Below are positions 7,776 to 17,145 of a DNA stretch of 64,000 nucleotides, piece by piece. The stretch comes from an uncultured virus (IMG/VR IMGVR_UViG_3300019378_000034) (Duplodnaviria; Heunggongvirae; Uroviricota; Caudoviricetes). Both the position numbers and the translations under genes were made by a program. Position 1 is the first letter of the stretch. The number at the start of each line of letters is the position of its first letter. The notes below the pieces were generated by a model that saw nothing but the letters and a program-made list of their open reading frames with translations, did no database searches and was not told the origin of the DNA. The stretch is taken from the IMG/VR virus record IMGVR_UViG_3300019378_000034. One strand, 5' to 3'.

Positions 7776-7862
7776 CAATATAATATCATAGATTTTCCAA
7801 AAATGCAAGAACTATTTTCGGATGATTTAGACGTAATACGTCTAAATGAAAAGAACTTGACC

Positions 7863-8312
7863 TTAAAGGCCAAGTCTTTTCAGAATTGTGAACAGCTCCT
7901 GCTCATCGTATGCGCCATCGCCCCAGTCGTGGCGGACAGCTTCATTATCATCAAACAGGATTCCGCCAGGTTCGTCACCAACCAGATGTTTGGGAGTGCC
8001 GTAGGGAACAACATGAATTTCATCCCAATGTACAGCCGGGAGATTAGTTGCCAGCCAATTCAGCTTTGCAGTCTTGGTTGCTTCATCAAATTCCGGTGTA
8101 GACTCTTTAGAAGTCCAGGTGATGATTCTCAGCTTATAACCACAACCCTGTAAGCGGTTTAGCTGTCGGGTCATCCATGTGCGATGGAACATAGGGCGCG
8201 CCACCTCATAAGGATGTGTATCAAATGCGCGAATTGCTTCGAGCCAGTGCGGAACATTGTAGAAATCTGCAATCGTTCCATCCATGTCAAAATTGATATA
8301 AACGTTTTTCAT
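7863..8312 (-). CDS. HAD-family 5'(3')-deoxyribonucleotidase-like phosphatase
   Basis: FDMDGTIAD motif I, IITW, K, LFDDN motif IV; start 8312 chosen from RBS spacing. Confidence 0.8.
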   Translation of the reverse strand: MKNVYINFDMDGTIADFYNVPHWLEAIRAFDTHPYEVARPMFHRTWMTRQLNRLQGCGYKLRIITWTSKESTPEFDEATKTAKLNWLATNLPAVHWDEIHVVPYGTPKHLVGDEPGGILFDDNEAVRHDWGDGAYDEQELFTILKRLGL

Positions 8313-8453
8313 TTGAATCATTCCTTTCTTTTCTGTAACAATATAATATCATATATTTTCTAAAAAATCAAGTTTTATTTTGAAAATGTTTAGACGCAAT
8401 ACGTCTAAATATTCTACAAAAAGAAAGGAAGGGGAGTTTCCTCCCCTCCTATA

Positions 8454-8852
8454 TTATTCCGCAGTAACTTCTGCGATAACTTCTTTCATAATGGTTGCGA
8501 GTTCTGCTTTGGTTGCGCCGAGTTCCAGACTGATGAGAATGGAGTCAACCGCTTTCTTGCGCTGGTCACGCACTTTCTTTTCATGCTCATTACGAGCCAC
8601 GGACAAGGAGCTGTTCCAGTCCGAGTGGGACAGGTAGCAGTTGGAATTGTGGTAAATCTTGAAACCTTCGGGCAGGTGGGTGACACCAGCAATCAGCTGA
8701 GCCGCATATTCATTTATCTTTTCATTCAGTTCCTCTGTAGTCTGAATCATAGCCGCTCTAGCGGTATTGTATTCCTCGGTGGGCGCACCGTAAGGGATTG
8801 CCTTTTCTACTTCCTGGCGCACAAACTCTGCAATTCTTTTGGACACTCTCAT
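8454..8852 (-). CDS. hypothetical protein
   Basis: AAAGGA RBS before ATG 8852; promoter TTGACT-N17-TATTAT at 8927-8899. Confidence 0.7.
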   Translation of the reverse strand: MRVSKRIAEFVRQEVEKAIPYGAPTEEYNTARAAMIQTTEELNEKINEYAAQLIAGVTHLPEGFKIYHNSNCYLSHSDWNSSLSVARNEHEKKVRDQRKKAVDSILISLELGATKAELATIMKEVIAEVTAE

Positions 8853-8982
8853 AATTTTACTTCCTTTCTGTCTTTGGGTATCTCCCCTTGACACCTATAT
8901 AATACCATAGACCTAATCGAAAGTCAAGAACAAAATCATCCTTGTTTAGACGTAATACGTCTAAACAAATAAAAAGAGGAAG

Positions 8983-9309
8983 TCATTCGACTTCCTCAAT
9001 ATCCACCAGACAATCAACGTCAACAATCAAATCATCATAAATGGATTCAGTATTGTTGTCATTGAATGTAATAATGACCAACTGGTCAACCACATAACCT
9101 TCACCACGGATACACCATGCTTCACCAGCCCAGTCAACGAATGTGACCCAGCCAGTAGATTTATCAACTTCTATCACCCGTGCAGGTGAGGTGTATGTGC
9201 TGGTTGGGTCGAAAGATTCGCCTTGAGTCCAACCAAAAGTATAGGCGCCAAAGGCAACGAAGATGAGGGCGAGGATGACACTGATTAAATGGATAGTATT
9301 CTTTTTCAT
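8983..9309 (-). CDS. membrane-anchored hypothetical protein
   Basis: N-terminal TM (LISVILALIFVAFGAY); promoter TTGACT-N17-TACAAT at 9370-9342. Confidence 0.7.
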   Translation of the reverse strand: MKKNTIHLISVILALIFVAFGAYTFGWTQGESFDPTSTYTSPARVIEVDKSTGWVTFVDWAGEAWCIRGEGYVVDQLVIITFNDNNTESIYDDLIVDVDCLVDIEEVE

Positions 9310-9414
9310 ATTGGTATTCCCCTTTCGTTTTCTGTAAGTACATTGTACCATGGACGTGCGGAAAAGTCAAGAATATTTTTCAGAAAATTTAGACGTGATA
9401 CGTCTAAATAGAAC

Positions 9415-9577
9415 CTGGTTATTCGTTACCAGAAAACGCTCCACCTTAGTTAAAATTATGGTGGCAATTGGTGCCAGGTTTGGGCGGAGTGCCTGCTTCC
9501 GACTGCCTCCCTATCACCCACGGCAGCAAGGGGAGAGTTGCCATGCCCGTGTCCGTTACTCTCAACCGACCTTGTAC
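9415..9577 (-). ncRNA. putative structured RNA (ORF-less cassette)
   Basis: Promoter TTGACT-N17-TATAAT (9610-9582) plus palindrome; GC-rich; stems GAGAGT/ACTCTC, CTGCC/GGCAG, CCACC/GGTGG, CTGGT/ACCAG; no credible RBS-led ORF. Confidence 0.55.
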
Positions 9578-9698
9578 CTGTATTATACACAATAAATTCC
9601 AAAAAGTCAATAACTAATTTCCCATGATTTAGACGGAACACGTCTAAATAAAATTCTAGAAAGGAAACGGCGCATTTCTGCGCCGAATCTGTCAAATA

Positions 9699-9902
9699 TT
9701 AGATAGACTTTTCCTGAATGGGTTCGCGCAGTATTTCTACAATTTTTGCTACTCCCTCGGTAAGGTCTTTCGCTTTATCAAAATAAATTGTTTGTCTCTC
9801 ACTGTTGTGATAACGAACTTCCAAAACAGTGCTAGATATTGGAGAAATTTTTGCAAAATTTTCCAAAGAGACGATTTGATCCTTGTAGACAAAAATTTTC
9901 AT
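9699..9902 (-). CDS. hypothetical protein
   Basis: AAAGGA RBS; promoter TTGCAA-N17-TATACT at 9978-9950. Confidence 0.7.
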   Translation of the reverse strand: MKIFVYKDQIVSLENFAKISPISSTVLEVRYHNSERQTIYFDKAKDLTEGVAKIVEILREPIQEKSI

Positions 9903-10042
9903 ATTTTTCCTTTCTGGTTTTTGGGATTTTCCTTTCCCTTTCTAAAATTAGTATATCACATGAATTAGGAAATTGCAAGAAGTTTTTTCGCTTCATTTAG
10001 ACGTAACACATCTAAATAAAAATTGAGAAAACAAATGGGTGA

Positions 10043-10375
10043 TTATCTCACCCATTTGCCAGTTTTTGCAAAAATTGCGGCATCTTGTACGCATCTTTTT
10101 CCAGAACTTGTCTTTTCTCTCAAAAGTCTAAGTCTTTCCTGTACTTTGACCACCTCACTATGAGGATAGATTTCTTCCTGTCTGCGGGCAACTCTTTCCA
10201 TAAGCATGGAAACAGAACTTTCATGAATGATAATATATTTTACAGTACCATTACCACGATTGGATAAACGTCTTTTGTGTTCTCTTGCTTCCTCAATAGT
10301 GGGAGCATTGCGCTGACAGTGGCAAATAACCTCACCACTTTTCATGTTTTCTCTGTAACTATAAACTTTATACAT
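10043..10375 (-). CDS. hypothetical protein
   Basis: AAAGGAG RBS; last gene of the four-gene operon starting at 11570. Confidence 0.65.
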   Translation of the reverse strand: MYKVYSYRENMKSGEVICHCQRNAPTIEEAREHKRRLSNRGNGTVKYIIIHESSVSMLMERVARRQEEIYPHSEVVKVQERLRLLREKTSSGKRCVQDAAIFAKTGKWVR

Positions 10376-10404
10376 ATTATTCTCCTTTCAAAATGTGAGG
10401 GCGA

Positions 10405-10653
10405 TTACTCGCCCTCGTCCTCAGCTTCCATGTCTTCGCGCTCATCCAGCATCTTGCCGATAAGGGTCTTGGCGCGCTCAACGTAGTCTTCCATCAGCTC
10501 GCAGGTGCGGTAGCACACTTCCAGTTCTTCGGTGCTTGCTTCCAGTCTCACGCCCTCGCCCAGGCGGTCACTCTTCAGCATGGCAGCATCGCTCTCCAGC
10601 AGGAACAGTAGGTCATGGATGCGCTTGATAGTCTTCTCGTTGTTGTACTCCAT
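10405..10653 (-). CDS. small acidic protein
   Basis: AAAGGAG RBS before ATG 10653; Glu/Asp-rich. Confidence 0.7.
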   Translation of the reverse strand: MEYNNEKTIKRIHDLLFLLESDAAMLKSDRLGEGVRLEASTEELEVCYRTCELMEDYVERAKTLIGKMLDEREDMEAEDEGE

Positions 10654-10678
10654 TGTTATACTCCTTTCAATGGGGCTG

Positions 10679-10978
10679 TTAAAACAGCCCCTCTTCCTTT
10701 CTTTCATCATACAGCATATCACCGAGGACTTCCATTGCTTCCTCGTAGCTCAGCGGCTCGTCATCCAGCTCAAGCAGGTGGCGCATATCAGCTTCATACT
10801 CTGCGTAGTCAACTTCAGCTGCGGCCATAGCTTCTTCAGCAGTTTCGTAGCCATCAAAGCCATCCTGGGTCATGATGTGCTCGTAATACCAGCCGTTCTC
10901 GTCTTCAGCCACACGATACACATAGGTGTCATCGTCAAAGCCCAGGTGCTTTCCATTTTCTTCATACCATTTCAGCAT
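10679..10978 (-). CDS. highly acidic small protein (possible DNA mimic)
   Basis: AAAGGAG RBS before ATG 10978; about 30 D/E against about 6 K/R in 99 aa. Confidence 0.7.
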   Translation of the reverse strand: MLKWYEENGKHLGFDDDTYVYRVAEDENGWYYEHIMTQDGFDGYETAEEAMAAAEVDYAEYEADMRHLLELDDEPLSYEEAMEVLGDMLYDERKEEGLF

Positions 10979-11012
10979 AATAAAACTCCTTTCAAAGTGG
11001 AAAGTCTGGAGC

Positions 11013-11570
11013 TTACAGCTCCAGACCCTCGAACATCCAGTCCTCGTAATCAGCTTCGGGAGAGAATTCCATATCGGGGAAGTTCTCAGCATAGGCAATC
11101 AGTCGCTCAAACATCCGCTTGGAGCTGGGCTGGATTGCAATGCCGTCTACCTCGCCATTGTGGCGGACTTCCTTGATTGCGTTGCAATCAATCAGCATAG
11201 CGGTGAACAGGTTAGTAGGAATCAACAGGGCAGGGGTGGAGCGGATCTCTTCCCATGCTTCCGCTTTCTTGGTTGCCTTGTGCTTCTGAACGAAGTCCAA
11301 CTTGTAAATCACGAAGCGGGACTTGTTAGAGCCGTCAAGCAGGTCATTGACTCGTCCGCCATTGGTCTTGCACTCAGCGGGCAGGTACTTGGCTTTGCCA
11401 TTGACAACCACACGGACAGACACATCGGTCTTGCCTTGCTTAGCAACAGCGACTTTGCGGCTCTTTTCACGGGCGCACATCAGCTCGAAAGCTCGACCCC
11501 TTGCGCCTTGATTAGTGGTATTGCTCAGCTCATACTGAATAGCGGAAATGCGTCTTTCTTTAATAGTCAT
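11013..11570 (-). CDS. PD-(D/E)xK-like nuclease-fold protein
   Basis: GRAFE...TDVSV...AECKT spacing resembles the restriction-endonuclease-like core; AAAGGA RBS. Confidence 0.55.
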   Translation of the reverse strand: MTIKERRISAIQYELSNTTNQGARGRAFELMCAREKSRKVAVAKQGKTDVSVRVVVNGKAKYLPAECKTNGGRVNDLLDGSNKSRFVIYKLDFVQKHKATKKAEAWEEIRSTPALLIPTNLFTAMLIDCNAIKEVRHNGEVDGIAIQPSSKRMFERLIAYAENFPDMEFSPEADYEDWMFEGLEL

Positions 11571-11792
11571 AAAATCAAATCCTTTCAAAATTAAATTGTT
11601 TTTTGTGTATGCTTTTATGCGTCTAAACTCTAGCTTTTTATCGGTGAAACTGCCTTGCTACCATCCGCAACTATCCGACACATACACGCACAACGGATAC
11701 CGCACGACCCCACAAGGGTTGAAACCATTTATTTAGTTTTGCTATCGACCGAGGGAAACTTGCGTTGGTGTCTTGTGTTCCCCTGTGTCTAT

Positions 11793-11821
11793 ATACTATC
11801 ACAGCATAGCACGGAAGTCAA
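11793..11821 (-). promoter_or_regulatory. sigma-A promoter of the first early operon
   Basis: TTGACT-N17-TAGTAT with TG extension; leader of about 215 nt to ATG 11570. Confidence 0.65.
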
Positions 11822-11958
11822 GAAAAACTTGCATTTTTTCGTTCGTCAAAATGCACAAAGATGGGGGTGGGGTTTTGGGAATTTTGACAAATCGCACAAT
11901 CCAAATCTCCCGGCCCTGGAAACAAAAAACACAGAAATAAAAAACTGGTGGAAACGCA

Positions 11959-12456
11959 TTACACGTATTCCACCAGCTTATATTTGCCTTCATAACTTCT
12001 TTGTTTGTTGGCCCATCTAGATATCGTTCCTTTCGCCACTCCCATTTCCTTTGCCGCAGCAGTTACTGTATCATAGAATAATTCTTCTCCGTTTAATTTA
12101 ATTATATGTACTTTCTAAGCAGCATTACCCGTTTTTAAAATTTCTCTAGAATATTTAGTATTTTCAGATTGAGTCATCCATTCCAAATTTTCTAAATTAT
12201 TATTCAAACAATTACCATCTATATGATTAACGGTTAAAGTTTCCCATCCTTCTACGGGCGCGAAAGTAGACAATACAATACGATGCACTAAACCATAGTA
12301 GCTTTTTCCATCTTTGCGAAAATCAATTCCAGCATATCCAGCACTAATCTTGGGTTTTAAAATGCGTCCTTCTTTTGATTGCTTAAAACTTTTTATCTAA
12401 CCTTGGTTTGAAACCTAATATCCTGGATATTGTTCTATATCTCTCCAAATTTCCAT
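11959..12456 (-). CDS. NUMOD4-HNH homing endonuclease (TAG=Gln, 165 aa)
   Basis: MEIWRDIEQYPGY*VSNQG*IKS (NUMOD4), VHRIV, VNHIDGNCLNNNLENLEW (HNH); AAGGAGG RBS; 3 in-frame TAG; TAA stop. Confidence 0.85.
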
Positions 12457-12588
12457 TTTATTCCTCCTTGCTTGTTCTAAATGTAAGTGGAAACATATAC
12501 GAAAAACTATATAATTTTGGAAACATCTACGAAACGAATTTTTCAAAATCGTCTACCACCCCGGGGTATCCTTTCAGTATTTTCAAAT

Positions 12589-12618
12589 TTGACAACCAAT
12601 TAACAAATATGATATAAT
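12589..12618 (+). promoter_or_regulatory. sigma-A promoter heading the virion module
   Basis: TTGACA-N18-TATAAT with TG extension. Confidence 0.7.
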
Positions 12619-12690
12619 ATAAGTATAAAAAGCGGATAGCTTGCGAGTTATCGCGCAATCAATCACTAAAAAGGAGTTTTAAGCTTACAA

Positions 12691-14025
12691 ATGGCAAACC
12701 GATTACACTTGGATTTTTCAATCCAATCTACCGATGGGCGCAGTGACTTTGTAAATGAATATGTACAGCAACCTTAGTTTTAGCGTACTCCTCTTACAAG
12801 TGACGAATTAGAAACCATCGCTAACTACATTTTATGGGGCAAGGACCCGGATGGTCTAAATGTGACCTAGCGTGGTGAAATTTAGATTGAAACCCGTAAC
12901 AAAACATGGCAACGAGATGATACGGAATCCCTTGATGCCCTGATGGAGTCTCCCACATTTTCTGAGGCCAGTTTACGTCGCCCCACCGAAGCGCGCACAC
13001 GTGTTGCCCGCGAAGTCTTCGACCGCAAAAAGACCTTGAGTGAATGTCCTGCACACTTAGTCCCCGTATTCGAAGACCTCTTCAAACGAATCGACACAAT
13101 CGAACTCATGCTCAACTACTACGAATTTTCGCACGGGCGCCGTAAAGAGCCACCTCGTGCTGCCCTTTTAAAACGTTTTTCACAAGAGGAACTCACCAAT
13201 GCTGAAACAACTGCTTCCAAATGGAACCAATTCAAATATCTCAAATAGCGCCATCTCATCGTCGAATTGCGCCGAGAGCAATTCACATTGCGCGACACCT
13301 ACATAGAGAAACATATCCGTCATACTCCTATTGAACCAGAGATTGACCCAGTCGACCCCGACTTTGATGCAGAAATTCCGGTATTTCCCTTGGGACTTAA
13401 AACTGGCTCAATTGGCGCCCTGTTGTTCAAAGCAGAACGAGATTTAAACCCTTCTACTTATAATGAGTCAGACCTACAAAAAGTTTTATAGTTCTATTGG
13501 TCCAAAAAGTCCGAATCGCGCCCTGCAATTTTCTTCGACTTTGGAAATCTTGAGCACATATATGAACTATTCGGCCAACTCAATGAACTCGAAGAATCAA
13601 TCAGCGCCCTGCCCGTTAACTCAAATCTTAGCAAACTTTTGGACACTCTAAAATATTATATCGAGATGACCGACTTAACTGAAGCCTAGCGTGAAATCCT
13701 CGACTTGAAAATCAACAAAACAAAAAATCAAGACATAGCGGACATTATAAACAAGAAATACGACAAGTCCTACACGGCTAATTATATTAGCACCATCTTC
13801 CGTCAAAAGATAATTCCGCGCATCAATGAAACAGCTGAGTTCCATGCGAAGATTATAGAGAATCTAAGTTTTCCAGAGAATTTCAAAAAATGCACAGGAT
13901 GCGGAAAGGTCTTGTTGATTGATCCGGACAAATTTGTCCGAAAATCCCGTTCAAAAGATGGCTTCTCAACTCGTTGTAAAATCTGTGATAGAAATGACCG
14001 CTAGAAAAAGAAGGTGAACAAATGA
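12691..14025 (+). CDS. putative transcription regulator (HTH plus C-terminal Zn ribbon), TAG=Gln, 444 aa
   Basis: Track ORFs 12943, 13267 and 13705 share a frame and are separated by TAG only; LTEA*REILDLK...NQDIADIIN resembles sigma region 4; CTGC...CKIC; ends TGA overlapping the next ATG. Confidence 0.65.
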
Positions 14026-14348
14026 AAATTTTTGAAAAGAGAATCGAATCTGATTTCGAGTTTTTTGTAAAAAGCTTGCCTGCGCTGGAGCCGGTGGAAT
14101 TTTTGGGATTGGCAAAGGTGCTATGCGTTCCTACTTCGCACGAAGGTGAACTTGTAGAAATTGATAAGAAGCTGATTGATGAAAGCGCTGGTGATGAAGA
14201 AAAGCAAAAAGTCATGGCTGAAGTTATGATTCCTGCTGATGAAATCTTGGAAGCTATGATGGATAAGTATTTGACCTTGAGCAAGAAGCGCAGAGGAGAA
14301 ATCAATCAAATCCTAAAAGAAATCAAAAAATCCAAGAAGGTGAGATAA
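14022..14348 (+). CDS. hypothetical protein
   Basis: Overlaps both neighbours (ATGA, TAATG). Confidence 0.7.
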   Translation: MKIFEKRIESDFEFFVKSLPALEPVEFLGLAKVLCVPTSHEGELVEIDKKLIDESAGDEEKQKVMAEVMIPADEILEAMMDKYLTLSKKRRGEINQILKEIKKSKKVR

Positions 14349-15340
14349 TGGGACTACAACCGAACATTGCGCGACGCCGTAATTTTGCTATAAAGTAGTG
14401 CAATCGATGTGGTAATTCTTTCGCGCCTTCTAATTTTGCGATGACCAAATCAATTTTTTATCCAGATGGCTCTCTTCCTATGTGTAATGATTGTGTTGAA
14501 TTATATTTGATTGATGTTGATTTCGATTGGCGCGAAGTGAATAAATTATGCCAATATGCCGACATTCCTTTTGTTCCTAAGGAATGGGAGAGAATGCGCG
14601 AAATGAATGGTGACAAAGCTTTTCCCAAATACGCTGAAGTTTTCGCTCAATCTGAATATGAAGACTTGGGTTGGCATGACTACTTTGAGGCTTATTAGAA
14701 GTTAAAAGCTTCAGGTGAACTAGATGATGAATTACCTGGTATTGCAGACCAAAAGCGTCGTAAACTTTAGGAGCGCTGGGGCGCCAATTATGATGATGAA
14801 GCCCTTCGCTATCTTGAAAATCTTTACAATGGTTTGATGACTACTCAGAATGTCAATGGCGCCCTGTAGGTCGACCAAGCTTTGAAGATTTGTAAAATGT
14901 CTTATGAGATTGACTGTCGTATTCGTGAAGGTGTAGATTTTGATAAAATCTTGGCTTCTTATGACAAGCTGGTTAAGACTGCGGAATTCACTCCTAAAAA
15001 TGTTAAAAACATCAATGACTTTGACTCTGTGGGTGAATTAATCAAATGGCTAGAAAAGAGAGGTTGGAAGAACACTTTCTATGATGATGTTCCTCGGGAC
15101 ATTGTTGACGAAACAATGCAAAACTTCCAAGCTTTTAACCAGCGTCTTTATACTAATGAGTCTGGTATTGGTGAACAAATCACAGAACGTCTAAACAACT
15201 TGAAGAACGTTGCGCTGATTGAACAAGAATCTTACTATGGTACTAATGCAGAATATGATTTAGACGCCTATGAAAATGAAGGTTATAGTCAGTTGGTTCT
15301 TGAAGAAGAATTTGACCCTGGTGTTCCGGAGGAAGATTAA
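14348..15340 (+). CDS. Zn-finger protein, probable terminase small subunit (TAG=Gln, 330 aa)
   Basis: K*CNRC...CNDC; same-frame fragments; directly upstream of terL with TAATG coupling. Confidence 0.6.
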
Positions 15341-17142
15341 TGGCTAAAAAGATTTTATTACCTGCAGAAAGATTGATTGACTCAAACATCAAAATTGGTT
15401 AGCGCGATGGTACTATTATTGAGAAAGGTGTTATTCTAAACGAGAATTATTTGGAAGCAAATTTGGAAAAGATTGGCAATGTTATGTCAATCTTTTCCGC
15501 TTATCCAGATATTTATCTTGATGTTATAAAACCATAGGAATCATCATTTACTCTATTCTTTTACCAGAGAATTACATTGCGCGCACTGATGCGTTTTAAA
15601 GATGTTTTCGGCACGGCGCCTCGTGCGTTCTCTAAATCTTTTATTACTATTTTAGCAATGATGCTTCAATGCATCTTCATTCCTGGTACAAAGCGATTTA
15701 TTTGCGCTCCTAATAAAACTCAGGCCGCGCAGATTGCAAAAGAAAAAATCGTCGAAATTTATGACCGATGGCCCCTACTTCGCAAAGAAGTTTTGGGAGG
15801 GGAAATCAGTGATACACCCGGCAACTTTGGTAAAGACTATGTTACCCTCAAATTCCGCAATGGCTCACAATTTGACGTTGTTGGCGCCCTGGACTCTCAG
15901 CGTGGTGGTCGTCGACATGGCGGCCTAATTGATGAGGTGCGTGACCATGATGAAACTCCTATCAATGAAGTTGTTCTTCCTCTAATGAACGTTTCGCGCC
16001 GACTGCCCGATAACACAGTAAATGAAAAAGAGCCAAATCAGCAGCGAATATTCATGACATCTGCGGGCGTAAAAACATCGTTCGCATATGACCTTTTAAT
16101 TGACGACTTTATTGACTCAATCATTCACCCAAAATCAACTTTTGTTTTTGGTTGTGATTATCGTGTTCCAGTTATTCATGGCCTACTTGACAAAACCTAT
16201 ATCAACAAACTTAAAACATCTTCTTCCTTTAAAGAAGAATCTTTTGCCCGAGAGTATGCATCACTTTGGTCAGGTTCTTCAGAAGAAGCATGGTTTAATT
16301 TTGATAAATTAACCAAATATAGAAAGATAAAAAACCCAGAAACGTCCGCAAAATTTAGAGCTAACTCTAACCAGTTCTACTTATTATCAGTAGACGTTGG
16401 TAGATTGAATGACCAAACTGTCTGTTGTGTTTTTAGAGTTAACGTATCTGGCGAGGGCAAATATTTTGCTACTCTTGTAAACCTATACGTCCTAGGCCGT
16501 CAGGCTGAGACAAAAACTTTTAATCGACAAGCAATCGAACTCAAACGCATCATCAAAAAATTCAATCCTCTAGAAGTTGTTATCGATACCAACGGTCTAG
16601 GTATTGGTTTTGCTGATGAAATGATTCGTGAACAAGTCGATGAATTCGGAAACATTTACGAGCCTCTAGGTTTCAAAAATGATGACGAATTCCTAAAAGT
16701 TCAACCAAAAGATGCAATGTGCATCCTGTATGGTATCAAAGCCAATGGACCTCTTAACTCCAAAATCCACGGTAATGCTTACACCCGCATAAATGGCGGC
16801 CTTGTTCGCTTCCTCATAAAAGAACAAGAAGCAAAGAATGCTCTATTATCTACCAAGGTCGGTCAGAAAATGACGGTCAAGCAACGCGTACAGCGTCTAA
16901 TGCCGCATGAAATGACCACAAAACTTTTTGAAGAAATGGCTAACCTAAGACTACGCCGCACCGGTGTTTCTCTTGATATTGTCCTCGAACAAATTAATCC
17001 ACGTTATCCAAAAGATAAATATTCAGCATTTGCTTATGGATTATGGCGTATTAAGGAACTCGAAGAAGAACAAAACAAGAGACGGCGCCGTCGTGGTATG
17101 TTCGACAAACGTTAGCTAGTTTTCTGTACTGGAGGAGTCTAA
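15340..17142 (+). CDS. terL: terminase large subunit (TAG=Gln, 600 aa)
   Basis: APRAFSKSF Walker A variant, GLIDE Walker B, SVDVGR RNase-H-like nuclease, KDKYSA; TAATG coupling. Confidence 0.9.
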
Positions 17143-17145
17143 GAT

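Larger units (their letters stand above)
4973..10016. repeat. 10 dispersed palindromes TTTAGACG-N5-CGTCTAAA
   Basis: Copies start at 4973, 6063, 6522, 7064, 7826, 8389, 8945, 9388, 9628 and 9996 (at most one arm mismatch each); all intergenic; half-site at 11620. Confidence 0.95.

Noticed and set aside
9415..9577. Amber suppressor tRNA or SRP RNA
   Set aside because: There is no cloverleaf with a GTTC T-loop or CTA anticodon loop, and the GGAAGCAG resemblance to SRP lacks the rest of the helix.
4973..10016. Palindromic repeats as a CRISPR array
   Set aside because: The intervals are 240-1090 bp and contain whole genes with promoters, and no cas genes are present.
4973..10016. Palindromes as lox/dif-like tyrosine recombinase or integron attC sites
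   Set aside because: The spacer is only 5 bp and varies between copies, no recombinase is in the window, and the fixed distance to -35 favours a transcription-factor site. Homologous shuffling is not excluded.
5003..11594. Long + strand ORFs (5003-5677, 6529-7029, 7147-7551, 10532-11176, 10926-11594)
   Set aside because: They are antisense shadows of - strand genes that have RBSs, promoters and family motifs.
11630..11755. c-di-GMP-I riboswitch in the leader
   Set aside because: The ends are reminiscent (TCGGT...GCAAAACT...ACCGA), but the GAAA tetraloop hairpin and GACGCAAA core are missing.
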